A stretch of DNA of 64,000 nucleotides from a virus: IMG/VR virus record IMGVR_UViG_3300049846_002130, positions 32,001 to 96,000 of that record. One strand, written 5' to 3'. This document shows positions 1 through 10,362 of the stretch, piece by piece. The translations under genes and the position numbers were made by a program. A model generated the notes under the pieces. It was not told where the DNA came from. It saw only the letters and a list, made by a program, of their open reading frames with translations, and searched no databases. Position 1 is the stretch's first letter. Every line of letters begins with the position of its first letter.

Positions 1-1512
1 CAGAGTACAGATCAATGGGTATGTATGAGTTGTGGTAATGACTGGCAAGCTGGTGCTATCTGCGACCATCGCCCAGGTGAAAAAGATGAAGACGGAAACA
101 CTGTTTTGTTCCTTTGTGGCAATATGCACGGAAAAGAAATTTCTGTAGAGCATGAACCAGCAAACGATACGAGTGTTGTTCTAAATATGGAATTTCAAGA
201 TAATGATGGTAATGATGCGCAGATAGTATTAAATCTTACTGATGCTACAGAACCAGTAACAAAACTAGAAGTTAACTTTGAATTGGAGTCAGATATGAAT
301 CTTAATGATCTAGCTATTCTAGAGATTAAGACTGTTATTGAGCTGCTTTCTGATGATGCTAAACTTCAAGAGTTTAAAGATGCCTTAAGTGGAGACTCTG
401 CTTTTGAGGTATCTTGGCTTATTAAGATGCATGATGCTCTTCACAGTCAATATGATTATGAGCTTAAGTGGAGAGATCCTAAAGACCTAAGTGTCCCTGT
501 TGGAGTATTCAAACTTCACGGACTACTACATGATCTCGCTATGGAGAAAAATTTTCGGGATGCGGTATCTAATGGTCAATTAGACTTTTATGGACCCGAT
601 GGGACTAAGTCTGAAGAGTATCTAATTAAGATGCCTAGTGAGCAAACTGAAGATAAGTTTGACGAAGATAGTTTAGTCTCAAAGATAGTTGATCGGCTAA
701 AATCTGAGGTGATTGGTGCGAAAGAAGAAGAAAAAGATGAAGTCGAGGTACTAGATGAGGAGTGTCCATCTGTAGAAGATGAAGATATTGATTGGGTTCT
801 GATGGATCTTGCTCTTGATACTGAGGTTGGAGATGCAAAACTTTCCACAGAGAAAAGAAATGATTTGCCCAAGGGAAGTTTTTGTGGTCCAGATAGATCC
901 TTTCCTGTACCAGACTGCGCTCATGTAACAGCTGCTCGTCGTTTGGTTGGCAGAGCCAAACTTACTGCTGATCAAAAGGCAAAAGTACTAGCCTGTGTTA
1001 ACAAAAAAGCAAAGAGCCTTGGGTGTGATTCTGAAGACTCTTCTGCGACTCCCGCTATTAAAGATTGCGAGTGTAAAGATTATGATAAGGTAGTTGCCGA
1101 TCATAATAATTTAAAGAATGATTATACCAAGGCACTTCAAGATATTGAGCAACTAACGGCACACTTAAATGCTTTTGGTAAGGCCCTTGCTCAAAAAGTT
1201 GAGCCATCTAAAAATATAGATGGAATAAAACTTGACGAATTGCTTGATTGGTTTAGTAATATTGTGGTATCTGACAATACTATAGAGAGTAAAGAGGAAG
1301 AAGTTCTTGAGCATCCTGCAAAAGAACTAAAGCCTCTAGACGATTCAAAACCACAAAAGAAGTCTTTGGACACTCTGGGTGGTTACGAAAAGAGAGTAGT
1401 AAGTTTCTATCGTAGAATACAACAAGACGAAAGTGCAGCAATTGCCGATAGGTATTTAGCTCAATGTCGTCAGTACCTACCAGATAATTTTAATCCAGAA
1501 GATTATGAGTAA
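1..1512 (+). CDS. Prohead protease/scaffold fusion, 5'-truncated by the window edge
   Basis: Frame is open from base 1. CMSCGNDW...CDH..G...G...EISVEHEPA resembles the CxxC/CxH-containing C-terminal part of phage prohead proteases. An acidic and coiled-coil scaffold-like tail follows. It lies two genes upstream of the capsid gene. Confidence 0.7.
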   Translation, partial: QSTDQWVCMSCGNDWQAGAICDHRPGEKDEDGNTVLFLCGNMHGKEISVEHEPANDTSVVLNMEFQDNDGNDAQIVLNLTDATEPVTKLEVNFELESDMNLNDLAILEIKTVIELLSDDAKLQEFKDALSGDSAFEVSWLIKMHDALHSQYDYELKWRDPKDLSVPVGVFKLHGLLHDLAMEKNFRDAVSNGQLDFYGPDGTKSEEYLIKMPSEQTEDKFDEDSLVSKIVDRLKSEVIGAKEEEKDEVEVLDEECPSVEDEDIDWVLMDLALDTEVGDAKLSTEKRNDLPKGSFCGPDRSFPVPDCAHVTAARRLVGRAKLTADQKAKVLACVNKKAKSLGCDSEDSSATPAIKDCECKDYDKVVADHNNLKNDYTKALQDIEQLTAHLNAFGKALAQKVEPSKNIDGIKLDELLDWFSNIVVSDNTIESKEEEVLEHPAKELKPLDDSKPQKKSLDTLGGYEKRVVSFYRRIQQDESAAIADRYLAQCRQYLPDNFNPEDYE

Positions 1513-1524
1513 AAGGAGTAATTA

Positions 1525-2895
1525 ATGGCTCAAACTAGATATTCGGCCCAATTTAAAGTTCGGGAAGATATCCTTGATAGCATTACCCCTCTTAACATGG
1601 TCCAGGATGACGCTCAGCGTCCATCTGGACCATGGAGAGTAGCTGCATGGCTGCCAGTTCAGTTTACTAAGAGCAATACTAGTGCTGGTACTGATGCGTT
1701 TGTTATCTCGGCTTTCAAACCCGTTGCTTTTAGCACAGAGGGCCACGTTGTTCCAGCAGGTATGCGTACTGCACTTGGTGGAAATTCTTCGTCTGGCGTT
1801 TTTGCCGGTGATGTTCTGACATACACATCTGATGATGTTTCCTATGGTGTTATTGACCTTACAACTGGCGAGGCCGTAACAGCTCCCATTGCATATAGCG
1901 GTGAGGAAGTTTGTGATGCGCTAATAACTCGTGGACTTGTTCTAGAGTCTGATGCTACTGGTGCTGGTGCTACTGTTCCCGTTGCTGCAGACGCGGATGT
2001 CAACAAAGTAATCGATCTCTTTGTATCGGAAGCAATAGGGTTTGTTCTACAGGATGTTTATGTTTGGTCGGGTCGTCCAGAAGATGGTGATCAGGTCTTC
2101 TTAAACTACAGTATGCAAGATCGCATTATGTTCTACACTGAAGGTCAGTTGCGTCTTCCACAGCGTGTGGCGGGAAGTACCTCTAGCGATAGCTTTACTG
2201 TAGCTACACTAGATGGTGGTGGCTCTACTGTGTTCGCAGCTGGATCGATGATTGCAGCTGGTGAATACTGGGATGCATCAAACTTTACACAGCTAACACG
2301 TTATTCGGCGGTAGATTCTGCTGTTGATGTAGTCGCATTAGGTCTAGCACAGCGGCCAGTTGCCAAGATTACAGATCGTACACCAATGAGCTGCAATCGT
2401 TCTGGTGTGTTGGTTCGTGAACGGTCTAGCGTAACAGCGGTTACCAAAGAAGGTGACTTCTTCCTTGACGCTGAAGTTGGAGTATTGTTCCTACATCAGG
2501 ATACTTGGGATACCCTCGTTGCCCTAGGTGTTGTTGCTACAACATTTACATATAAGTACTACACTGATACTGGTCTTGCTACCGGTCAACGGTTCCCTCA
2601 CTTTGATGGTCCTTGCCGTCCTGGTGACTTCGTAACCGTAGATGCTCAGAGTAACTTTACAAAAGCGAGCAGTGCTGTAGTCAGTGCTGGTCTATCCTGT
2701 GGACGCGTTCTAGAGGTTCGTACAGAGCCATATGCAAATATGGACCTTGTTAAGAGTGCCTGGACCCAGACTGGGTTTAGCAAAACTTCTAAGATGCCCG
2801 GTTCAGCTACAAAAGGCTTTAGCGATCTCATTACTCTAAGTGATGAAGTAGTTGCTGACAAAGTAGTTGTAATTAACTTCAAGGCCCCTCACTAA
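1525..2895 (+). CDS. Head decoration/cement-like virion protein
   Basis: 456 aa with AAGGAG RBS. Rich in Ala, Gly, Val and Thr, likely beta-rich. Sits between protease and capsid genes, so the function is inferred from position. Confidence 0.55.
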   Translation: MAQTRYSAQFKVREDILDSITPLNMVQDDAQRPSGPWRVAAWLPVQFTKSNTSAGTDAFVISAFKPVAFSTEGHVVPAGMRTALGGNSSSGVFAGDVLTYTSDDVSYGVIDLTTGEAVTAPIAYSGEEVCDALITRGLVLESDATGAGATVPVAADADVNKVIDLFVSEAIGFVLQDVYVWSGRPEDGDQVFLNYSMQDRIMFYTEGQLRLPQRVAGSTSSDSFTVATLDGGGSTVFAAGSMIAAGEYWDASNFTQLTRYSAVDSAVDVVALGLAQRPVAKITDRTPMSCNRSGVLVRERSSVTAVTKEGDFFLDAEVGVLFLHQDTWDTLVALGVVATTFTYKYYTDTGLATGQRFPHFDGPCRPGDFVTVDAQSNFTKASSAVVSAGLSCGRVLEVRTEPYANMDLVKSAWTQTGFSKTSKMPGSATKGFSDLITLSDEVVADKVVVINFKAPH

Positions 2896-2913
2896 AAAAG
2901 GAGATTCTAAAAA

Positions 2914-4224
2914 ATGTTTAATCTTAAATTAGTAGATGGCCAAGAATTTCCACTTCCTACAGATGAGAAGAAAGCTAGTAAGGCTTTAGCTCATGCTCTT
3001 TTGAATAAGGGTCGCGTTCCCGGTGCTGAGGTTTCTCTAGACTGGAAAGATTTTGCAAATAAAGTCTTTACAAGAGATACAGTTTCCGCATCGCATCTTC
3101 GCCCCCTTCTTCAGGTTTCTACCCAGGAGGCTATGAGAGAGCCGCTAGAGCCAATTCAGGTTCTAACTGGACTCTTTAATAGAGTTGCTGTTCAGGGTAT
3201 GGAAGTTCGAGTAATTCAAGGCGCTATTGGTGCAGCACTTTATGCTGATGATATTCCAGAAGCTGGTACATATCCTCAGGGCAATATTCAGGTTGGTGGC
3301 GGCATGCAGACTGCTGCTATCGGTAAGGCAGGTCTTCAGGTCTCCTTTACTGCTGAAGCTCTAAAGTACTGCACATGGGATATAATGAGCCTAAACCTTC
3401 GCTATATGAGAGATGCCCTTGTTCGTCACAAGGAGCGGAAGGCCTCTGCTATTCTTCGTGAGCTAGGAACCGAACTATTCAATAACACTTCTCCCAGCAC
3501 AAGCCTTTTTGGTACCTGTACTGGTCGTGGTTTGGATATGGCGGCTAATGGTTCTGCTACAGCTGATGATATCTTCCGTGCTGCCTCTCACATGGCAGAG
3601 GAAGGTTTCTGGCCAGATCTTTTGATCGTTCATCCTCAGACTGCATTTATGTGGCTACAAGACCCAGTTCTTCGTAACCTCTTTATGGTTGGTCAAGGTA
3701 GTGAGTGGTTTAATAGATGGCAGGGTGTTATCGGTCCAACCGATCCATGGAGCAATGGTTCTATGGGTATCTCTGGTCCTTCGCATGGTAATGCGATTAC
3801 ACCTGTTGGTGCTGTCTCTGGTGGCACTCCCAATGGTATTGCTGGTCGTGAATGGGGTATGAACTCTACTCCAACAATGCCAGGCTACTTTGGTTGGCCA
3901 ATGAGAGTAGTAGCATCTCCATTGATGCCTTACGATGTTGAAAGCGGGCTAACAGATATCTTCCTCGCTTCCAGTGGTAACATTGGTATTCTAATGCAGG
4001 AAGAGGACCCTGTTACAGCTAGCTGGACACAAGAAAGCAATGATGTTGTATACACAAAGATTATGGAGCGTTATGCATTCCATATTGGTAACGAAGGTCA
4101 GGCAGTCGGTCTAATCAAGAATGTACCTGCTCGGTCTCGTAACTACTGGGATGGTACAATTACTGCCCAGACTCTTGGTATTACTTCTGAAATTGATCAG
4201 ACAGTTGCTGTACCTGGTCTCTAA
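2914..4224 (+). CDS. Major capsid protein (HK97-like fold)
   Basis: 436 aa with strong RBS. GKAGLQVSFTAEAL..WDIMSLNLRYMRDALVRHKE and ERYAFHIGNEGQAV match the large-phage capsid pattern. Followed by a terminator. Confidence 0.85.
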   Translation: MFNLKLVDGQEFPLPTDEKKASKALAHALLNKGRVPGAEVSLDWKDFANKVFTRDTVSASHLRPLLQVSTQEAMREPLEPIQVLTGLFNRVAVQGMEVRVIQGAIGAALYADDIPEAGTYPQGNIQVGGGMQTAAIGKAGLQVSFTAEALKYCTWDIMSLNLRYMRDALVRHKERKASAILRELGTELFNNTSPSTSLFGTCTGRGLDMAANGSATADDIFRAASHMAEEGFWPDLLIVHPQTAFMWLQDPVLRNLFMVGQGSEWFNRWQGVIGPTDPWSNGSMGISGPSHGNAITPVGAVSGGTPNGIAGREWGMNSTPTMPGYFGWPMRVVASPLMPYDVESGLTDIFLASSGNIGILMQEEDPVTASWTQESNDVVYTKIMERYAFHIGNEGQAVGLIKNVPARSRNYWDGTITAQTLGITSEIDQTVAVPGL

Positions 4225-4243
4225 GCTAAGTAAGTAAATCTTT

Positions 4244-4279
4244 AAGGGGGCCCGACTATTAAGTTGTGGCCCCCTTTTT
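4244..4279 (+). terminator. Intrinsic terminator after the capsid gene
   Basis: AAGGGGGCC / GGCCCCCTT form a perfect 9-bp stem that can be extended by CGAC/GTTG, ending in a T run. Confidence 0.85.
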
Positions 4280-4301
4280 GTATTATAGGTTAGGAGACAG
4301 A

Positions 4302-4487
4302 ATGAGTTGGTTCGTATTTGATGACTCGATATCTAAAGAAAATATAAATGATTTTGAATTAGAGCCAGAAGGCGGATTAATTTTTCGAGATATCAAGGTT
4401 GAGGAAGAGTTCTCTATTATCTTTTTAAAGCTTGAGGATGAACAACAAGATGGCAGCTCCGACACTACTAAGCACGTACCCAGCTGA
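4302..4487 (+). CDS. Small acidic hypothetical protein (61 aa)
   Basis: TAGGAGA RBS before the ATG at 4302, which is preferred over the track's 4266 start. Overlaps the next gene. Confidence 0.5.
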   Translation: MSWFVFDDSISKENINDFELEPEGGLIFRDIKVEEEFSIIFLKLEDEQQDGSSDTTKHVPS

Positions 4488-5577
4488 TGGAGACTCTGGC
4501 ATTCCTACCGGCACCCCTATTGTTTTACAGTTTGATCGGGGTGTTGATTTACTTAGTATTAAAGACTATATAGTTCTATATGGCCCTGATTTTGATCAGA
4601 CCAGTGGAGCTGATAGTGTTTTATTTGTAGATCAAGATACCGGAGATAACCCGTTTTTCCTTCGCTCTCCCGGATTTAAAGGTCTTGTTGATATCAGAAT
4701 TATAGCAGAGTATCTAGATTTAGATACCCAAACTGTTGTTAATCAAGTCATTACTAGCGAGGTTGATGAGACTAGCTATGGGGCTGCTGGGATAGGACAT
4801 AAGATTTCAATCTTACCGGTAACTGGATTGTTTGCTCCTGATACCACTTATGTTTTGCATATTCTTGGTGATCCAGATTCTCAAGGAACTGGTGTTAGTT
4901 CAAGAACAGTCTTCGATGTTGTTCCTAATGGTGGAAATCTTTCGGATACCGGAAAGGTATATATTGATGGTTCCTATACTGGTCCAGACGTAGACACTCT
5001 TAATATTCAAATAACTACTGCTGGTGATATTGGTATAGCTAAGTATAAGTATTGGTTTACTTCTGAGGGGGAGCCAAGTTCAGTTTATGATAAGTTAACA
5101 AATCGGAGAAACCGATCACTATCTAAAGGGCTACAGGTTCGATTTGGTGGTGAAGGTTTTGCTTTGGGAGATACATTTGAGATCAATGTTGAGCCCGCGC
5201 AAAGACTAGCAACTAATACTCAAGTAACCTTTACTACCAATGACGGTAGTTATACTGCTGCTCCAAGTAGCCCAAGTACACCAGCTACAAGTGAGCCTCC
5301 AAGTACAGTACTTCCTCCCGCACCAGGAGAAGAGACTACAAGCAGCCGGCTTCAGATAGAGGAGATGATACCTGCTGATGGTGCCTTTAATGTCTCAACA
5401 AATACCAGACAAATTATTGTTATTTTTAGCGAGCCATTAGATTCATCAACTGTAAGTGGACAAAGTATTAGATTGTGGAGGTATCCAGTTTTGGGTTATT
5501 TTGAAGGTGAAAATGAACCAGTTGAGTTACAGAAAAAAGTTACTGTTAGTAGCAATATCTTAACTATTGATTTCTAG
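4450..5577 (+). CDS. Ig-like (Big_5-type) domain virion protein
   Basis: Two Big_5-like segments (STYPADGDSGIPTGTPIVLQFDRGVD; MIPADGAFNVSTNTRQIIVIFSEPLD) and a Pro/Ser/Thr linker. The start could be 4432, 4438 or 4450. Confidence 0.7.
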   Translation: MAAPTLLSTYPADGDSGIPTGTPIVLQFDRGVDLLSIKDYIVLYGPDFDQTSGADSVLFVDQDTGDNPFFLRSPGFKGLVDIRIIAEYLDLDTQTVVNQVITSEVDETSYGAAGIGHKISILPVTGLFAPDTTYVLHILGDPDSQGTGVSSRTVFDVVPNGGNLSDTGKVYIDGSYTGPDVDTLNIQITTAGDIGIAKYKYWFTSEGEPSSVYDKLTNRRNRSLSKGLQVRFGGEGFALGDTFEINVEPAQRLATNTQVTFTTNDGSYTAAPSSPSTPATSEPPSTVLPPAPGEETTSSRLQIEEMIPADGAFNVSTNTRQIIVIFSEPLDSSTVSGQSIRLWRYPVLGYFEGENEPVELQKKVTVSSNILTIDF

Positions 5578-5588
5578 GAGATTAAGCA

Positions 5589-6650
5589 ATGGCTTACTAT
5601 GGGCGATATGGAACCTTAGATGGTAATACCGTAACTCTAAGGGCAGTATTTACTGATGATACTGGAGCATTCGTTACTCCTAGTTCTCCGGTAGTCTATA
5701 TTTATGACTCTACTGTAGACTCAGATCTTATTGATCAGGAGGCTGAAGCTTCTACTTTTACTTCTGCTTATGCAGGCCCCCTCACACCAACTCAGATGGC
5801 GCTTGGACTATACCAACTACAATACGATATCCCAGTTGATGCTGAGGCTGGCACCTGGCATGATGTTTGGGTCGGGTCTATAAATAGTACAACAGAATAC
5901 TCAATCTTAAATTTCTCTGTTATTAATGGAGCTATTCCAAGTGAACAAAAGATTGTAGAAAATGACTTTGTCATTGTTGAGTTTGATGAGACTGTTGCTA
6001 GTTATACTGGATTGACTCTTGGAGAGGATATTCAGATGGGGTTTACCACCAGACTAACTCCCTACTATGCATCTATCGATCTTGTTCGTATGGAAGTTGG
6101 CCCCTGGATAGATTTTATTCCAGATATTACACTGGCAATGATGATTCACTGGGCCAGTAAAGAAGCCGATTTTACAGTTTGCAAATCCCCAAATGATTCC
6201 GAAAGATTAAGATTTGCTCTTGCTAAGTTTGTAATCTTTGATACTGCTTTAAGAACATTGTTCTTACCTGGAGCCAGTAACTATCAGCCAACTGCGGGCT
6301 CTGGAGCCACAAAGTGGCTTGGAGATCTTCGTATTGTTGCTGGTGCTGGAAGTCAGCTAGCTAAAACAGCAAGTGGTATAGATATGGAGACTATTGGACA
6401 TATGCGCAAAGAGCGTAGCGAGTGGTTCCGGGTTATTAATGCTGGTGCAAATATTACTTACGGGCAATCTTATGGTTATTCTACTCCTGTAAAAGGTGAG
6501 TGGAATCCAGATAAAAGGCTTACTGGAAGGCTTTGGCTGGACCCTGATTGCTATACATATAGTAAGCCTGGTATTAATACGAAGGTATTACCATATGGTT
6601 CGAAGAAGGGTAAATTCTATTATCAAAATAGATCTACAATGGTAGGGTAG
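5589..6650 (+). CDS. Head completion/neck (adaptor-like) protein
   Basis: 353 aa with AGGAG RBS. Beta-rich N-terminus and helical C-terminus. Located between head and tail genes, so the function is positional inference. Confidence 0.5.
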   Translation: MAYYGRYGTLDGNTVTLRAVFTDDTGAFVTPSSPVVYIYDSTVDSDLIDQEAEASTFTSAYAGPLTPTQMALGLYQLQYDIPVDAEAGTWHDVWVGSINSTTEYSILNFSVINGAIPSEQKIVENDFVIVEFDETVASYTGLTLGEDIQMGFTTRLTPYYASIDLVRMEVGPWIDFIPDITLAMMIHWASKEADFTVCKSPNDSERLRFALAKFVIFDTALRTLFLPGASNYQPTAGSGATKWLGDLRIVAGAGSQLAKTASGIDMETIGHMRKERSEWFRVINAGANITYGQSYGYSTPVKGEWNPDKRLTGRLWLDPDCYTYSKPGINTKVLPYGSKKGKFYYQNRSTMVG

Positions 6651-6652
6651 TT

Positions 6653-7282
6653 ATGTTTCAGAGCAAGCGGTCTTTATTCCCAACAACTACTAATGATCCT
6701 GGTCGACTATGGCAGCAACCTTATTCACAAGCAGGGGGTAACTCTCCCAGCACCCCTACTAGTGCAGAGATAGATCTTCGTGCGGAACTAGATGAGTTAT
6801 TCTTTGGATATAAAAGTGGGATTCGGCATGGCTATCCATGTTTAATTAGACACCTTCGCCGCGATGCTAATAACAAGCCCATTGCTTGCACATGCTTGAA
6901 TTCTTTAACCAGAGAGGCTGATCCTGATTGTAGTTACTGTTATGGGGAAGGATATCTTTTTGATGAAGAGTGGCATTGGACCTACAGTACCTATGGTGGA
7001 GCTGATGGTGGATTAATTAATCGTAATACTTGGATGCCTCCTGGAGCGGTAAGGGTAGACTTTAAGGTTTTCTACTTTCGCTACGATACGTCTATCTTTT
7101 ATGGGGATAAGGTAGTTGAGGTAAAGATGGACGAAGAAGGAAATATCTTACAGCCAGTAGTTCGTTCAATTATCTATAGTCCACAGACAATTAATAAATT
7201 AAGAGCAGACAATTCTCGTATAGAGTTTATTACTGTATACTGTAGAGAAGAGTCTGCACTGAGGCTAGATGATGTCGATTAG
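6653..7282 (+). CDS. Neck/head-closure protein with Cys cluster
   Basis: CTC...DPDCSYCYGEGY motif typical of large-myophage neck proteins, plus position. Confidence 0.6.
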   Translation: MFQSKRSLFPTTTNDPGRLWQQPYSQAGGNSPSTPTSAEIDLRAELDELFFGYKSGIRHGYPCLIRHLRRDANNKPIACTCLNSLTREADPDCSYCYGEGYLFDEEWHWTYSTYGGADGGLINRNTWMPPGAVRVDFKVFYFRYDTSIFYGDKVVEVKMDEEGNILQPVVRSIIYSPQTINKLRADNSRIEFITVYCREESALRLDDVD

Positions 7283-8021
7283 AGAAGACTCTGTTCTTAG
7301 TGAAAGTGTCCGACCAGATCTACTCGAAGAGGTAGATAATAACTTTTTAGTTGCTATCGCAGACGGTGGTAGCTTCAATTTTATTGAAGCTAGTGAGCTT
7401 AGTGATCCGTACTCCTTAGACATTAGCAGATATATTCCAAACCCACCAATTACTTATGAGGGATTTATAGACTTAGCTACACAGGTTATTGAGAATGCTC
7501 AGGAGCGAGCACAGATAAAGGTAGCTGAGCGTATAAAACTTGTCAAAGAATTTAACCCTGAGCAGTTTGGTGAGGGAGATGAGGTAGTTACTGTTAAACT
7601 TATGAATCGTGCACCGGCAAAAATGAGTGCAGATGGGACTAAGTTTAAGACCTCTACCTTTCGTCCTTATGATCAATTAATGGACCCTCGTTATCCTAAT
7701 AAGGTTCTTGAGATTCAGTCTCGTCCGCTAGATCATAAAGTTCAGTTTGCAGTGTGGGCTAAAACATCTACCCTTGCTGATGCTAGGGCATTATGGCTAG
7801 AAAGACTTTTTATTCAGGAAACTTGGGTTTTCAAAAGTAAAGGTGCTAGTCTATTTCTCTGGGAAGATAGAAGCACAGATACATTCTGGCAACATGCTGG
7901 AGCTAGACTTCAGCAAAGAATTCTAAACTTCAAAGTAAGACTTCATGAATATCTTGTAGTTTTACATCCAACAATCAAACAGTTTAAACTTCAAATATCT
8001 AATAACATTAATTCCGATTAG
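7269..8021 (+). CDS. Tail completion/terminator-like protein
   Basis: 250 aa immediately upstream of the sheath gene. The segment VQFAVWAKTSTLADARALWLE fits the pattern of tail-terminator folds. Confidence 0.5.
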   Translation: MMSIREDSVLSESVRPDLLEEVDNNFLVAIADGGSFNFIEASELSDPYSLDISRYIPNPPITYEGFIDLATQVIENAQERAQIKVAERIKLVKEFNPEQFGEGDEVVTVKLMNRAPAKMSADGTKFKTSTFRPYDQLMDPRYPNKVLEIQSRPLDHKVQFAVWAKTSTLADARALWLERLFIQETWVFKSKGASLFLWEDRSTDTFWQHAGARLQQRILNFKVRLHEYLVVLHPTIKQFKLQISNNINSD

Positions 8022-8030
8022 GAGGAATAA

Positions 8031-10346
8031 ATGCTTTTTAAAAATTCTCCTGGAGTACCAGCTGCATATTTAGATGGCAATCTAAAGCAAGTCGGTACAA
8101 CTACCCAGCCAAAGATTCTTGTCTTGGGTTCCGGTACTAGTGGTATTTCATACGATGTGTATGATGTAACCAGTGCTGGTGCAGCCGAGAAAGAATTCGG
8201 AGCAAGTACCGAGCTTGCAAAAGGCATGCACGAGCTTCTAGGGCAGGATGCTAACAATATCTCTTTAATGAGAATTGGTGGCAAACAGGGTAGTTTTGTC
8301 TTTACTGACTCGGGTGCCAAAACATTAACAATTGTTCCAGAGAGTAGAGATAATACTATTCTTGATAGCTATGCTCTAATTATAGAGACAGTTGATGATG
8401 AGAATAGATATCTTATCTGGGATATCGATAATGAAGAGTGGGTTTTCGACAGTCTAGAAATTTTCTGTCTAAATGGTGATACTTTATCTGTAGTAGATAC
8501 GGGTATTGATCTATTTACCATTGGTGACAAGACCGCACCAAGAGATGCAATCTCTCTTGGAGATGTACTTAGTGGTGACTTTACTCCTGCTGGAGTAGCT
8601 ACTGTAACCTCTGTGGTTAAAGTAGATGGCACAGACGGTACATCTATGACTCTAGTTGAAAGATATGCCGCACTATCTCATGCTTATTTTAATCTAGACT
8701 ACGAGGATGCCGATATGGTTGTAGCCAAAGGTGTCTATGTAGATGATCAAAATAAAGCTGATGGTGACACCGCAGATTACTTTAAGGGTGTCCCACCTGT
8801 TGGTAGTACAATCGATACTCTTGGCTATGTTTGGCAGTATGTCCATCAGGGCAAGGTCTACACATACTTTGTGGACCGTTCAGACTTTTTCTCTGCTGTA
8901 GATGCAGCTGCGACTGTTACTGTCAATACAAACTTAACAGTCACCGCAGATAAGACAGGTACTGGCGGGAATAAGATTTATGTCCAGATCAATGCTGCTG
9001 GGGCGGCTGGTCCAACTGTAACTATAAGTGAACCAGCTGTCGATCAGCTTAAGATTCTAGTTACTGATGATGGTACAAGTACAACCTCTGCAGCGGTAAC
9101 AGCAATCAATGCTGCCCTTGCTCTCTACACAACAAATACAGGTGTTCTTGCTAGCACCCTAGCTACAGCATCTGGTGGATCGGGTACCTTCCTTGTTACC
9201 GTAGCTTCGACTCCTCTTGCTGGGGGAACTGGTGGCCACGTTCTTACTCACGAAGATCTGACTGGAGATGATATTCCTTCTGTGGTTAGCACTGCTTTTG
9301 CAGCCGGATCTGATAGCCAGCTACGTGAGGTTAATTTTGGACATCAGCTTGCTACATTCCTACATCAGGCATCTACTACCTGGAAGTCGATGCAGGGAAG
9401 CATTTCTGTAAAGGCTCCAACAGACTTTAGCCGCACTGGTATCGCTTCTTGGGTTGGCGTTCCTCCTGTTGAGACAGCCTTTGGTTCTGATCTCGGTATT
9501 GACGCTCCCGCTGATAATGGTACTGGGTTATTCAGTATTAAGCTTATGACAGGCCTATCTGTTTCTTCGAACGGATACCGCTCTGCAATGCTAGAAGATG
9601 CTACCTCTACAGATTCTTATCTGTATGGTGGATTCATTGCTACTACTGGAGCTTCTCTACCAAATGGCGTGGAAGAATATGCCTATGGTGTTGATGATGG
9701 AGATGAGCTTTTGGACGAAGGGGGTCAGCCAGTAGATATTGGTAAACACCTTTGGGTTACTATAGATTGGCCAATTCATCGGAATGCCTTTAATGGTAGT
9801 ACTCAGTATCGTGGGTCGATTGAGACAGTTATGCTTGGTAGACTTGCTACTGTTCCAATTAATGAAGAGCCTATTGGTCAAGATTTTCCTCTAAAGAAAA
9901 TTACTTCTCTCCCAAGAATACATAGTTCTCAACGTGATTCGCTTTCTAAGTTTAGGTTCGCAAACCTAAGGTTTGAAGATGGGGTTGGCTATGTCTTTAA
10001 TACAGTTAAGACTGCCGCCCATAAAGTAGATAGTGACTATACCCGTGGTTCTACTATTCGGTGCAGCAATAGAATGCTTACTGGATTGCGTACAATAGGG
10101 AAGGCCTATATTGGTAAACCATTTAGTCCAACTCGGCTTGCGGCACTTCAATCAGAAGTTGATAAGTATATTGCTGCAGAAAGAAGCAATGGAATACACG
10201 AGGGTGCTGGGGCTCGGTTAAGTTACACAAGAGCTGGTAAAATTCTTGGAAATCTAGATATACTCTTCCAGATGGTACCGCCCTTTACTGTTGAGCGAAT
10301 CACAACCAAACTTTCGCTAGCAGCTGATGAAACTGAGTTAACATAA
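8031..10346 (+). CDS. Tail sheath protein
   Basis: 771 aa. N-terminal SPGVPAAYLDG...KILVLGSG and C-terminal sheath-like segment (STIRCSNRM..IGKAYIGKP..LDILFQMVPPFTVERI). Precedes the tube gene. Confidence 0.9.
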   Translation: MLFKNSPGVPAAYLDGNLKQVGTTTQPKILVLGSGTSGISYDVYDVTSAGAAEKEFGASTELAKGMHELLGQDANNISLMRIGGKQGSFVFTDSGAKTLTIVPESRDNTILDSYALIIETVDDENRYLIWDIDNEEWVFDSLEIFCLNGDTLSVVDTGIDLFTIGDKTAPRDAISLGDVLSGDFTPAGVATVTSVVKVDGTDGTSMTLVERYAALSHAYFNLDYEDADMVVAKGVYVDDQNKADGDTADYFKGVPPVGSTIDTLGYVWQYVHQGKVYTYFVDRSDFFSAVDAAATVTVNTNLTVTADKTGTGGNKIYVQINAAGAAGPTVTISEPAVDQLKILVTDDGTSTTSAAVTAINAALALYTTNTGVLASTLATASGGSGTFLVTVASTPLAGGTGGHVLTHEDLTGDDIPSVVSTAFAAGSDSQLREVNFGHQLATFLHQASTTWKSMQGSISVKAPTDFSRTGIASWVGVPPVETAFGSDLGIDAPADNGTGLFSIKLMTGLSVSSNGYRSAMLEDATSTDSYLYGGFIATTGASLPNGVEEYAYGVDDGDELLDEGGQPVDIGKHLWVTIDWPIHRNAFNGSTQYRGSIETVMLGRLATVPINEEPIGQDFPLKKITSLPRIHSSQRDSLSKFRFANLRFEDGVGYVFNTVKTAAHKVDSDYTRGSTIRCSNRMLTGLRTIGKAYIGKPFSPTRLAALQSEVDKYIAAERSNGIHEGAGARLSYTRAGKILGNLDILFQMVPPFTVERITTKLSLAADETELT

Positions 10347-10362
10347 GGAGTGAGATAAGAAA

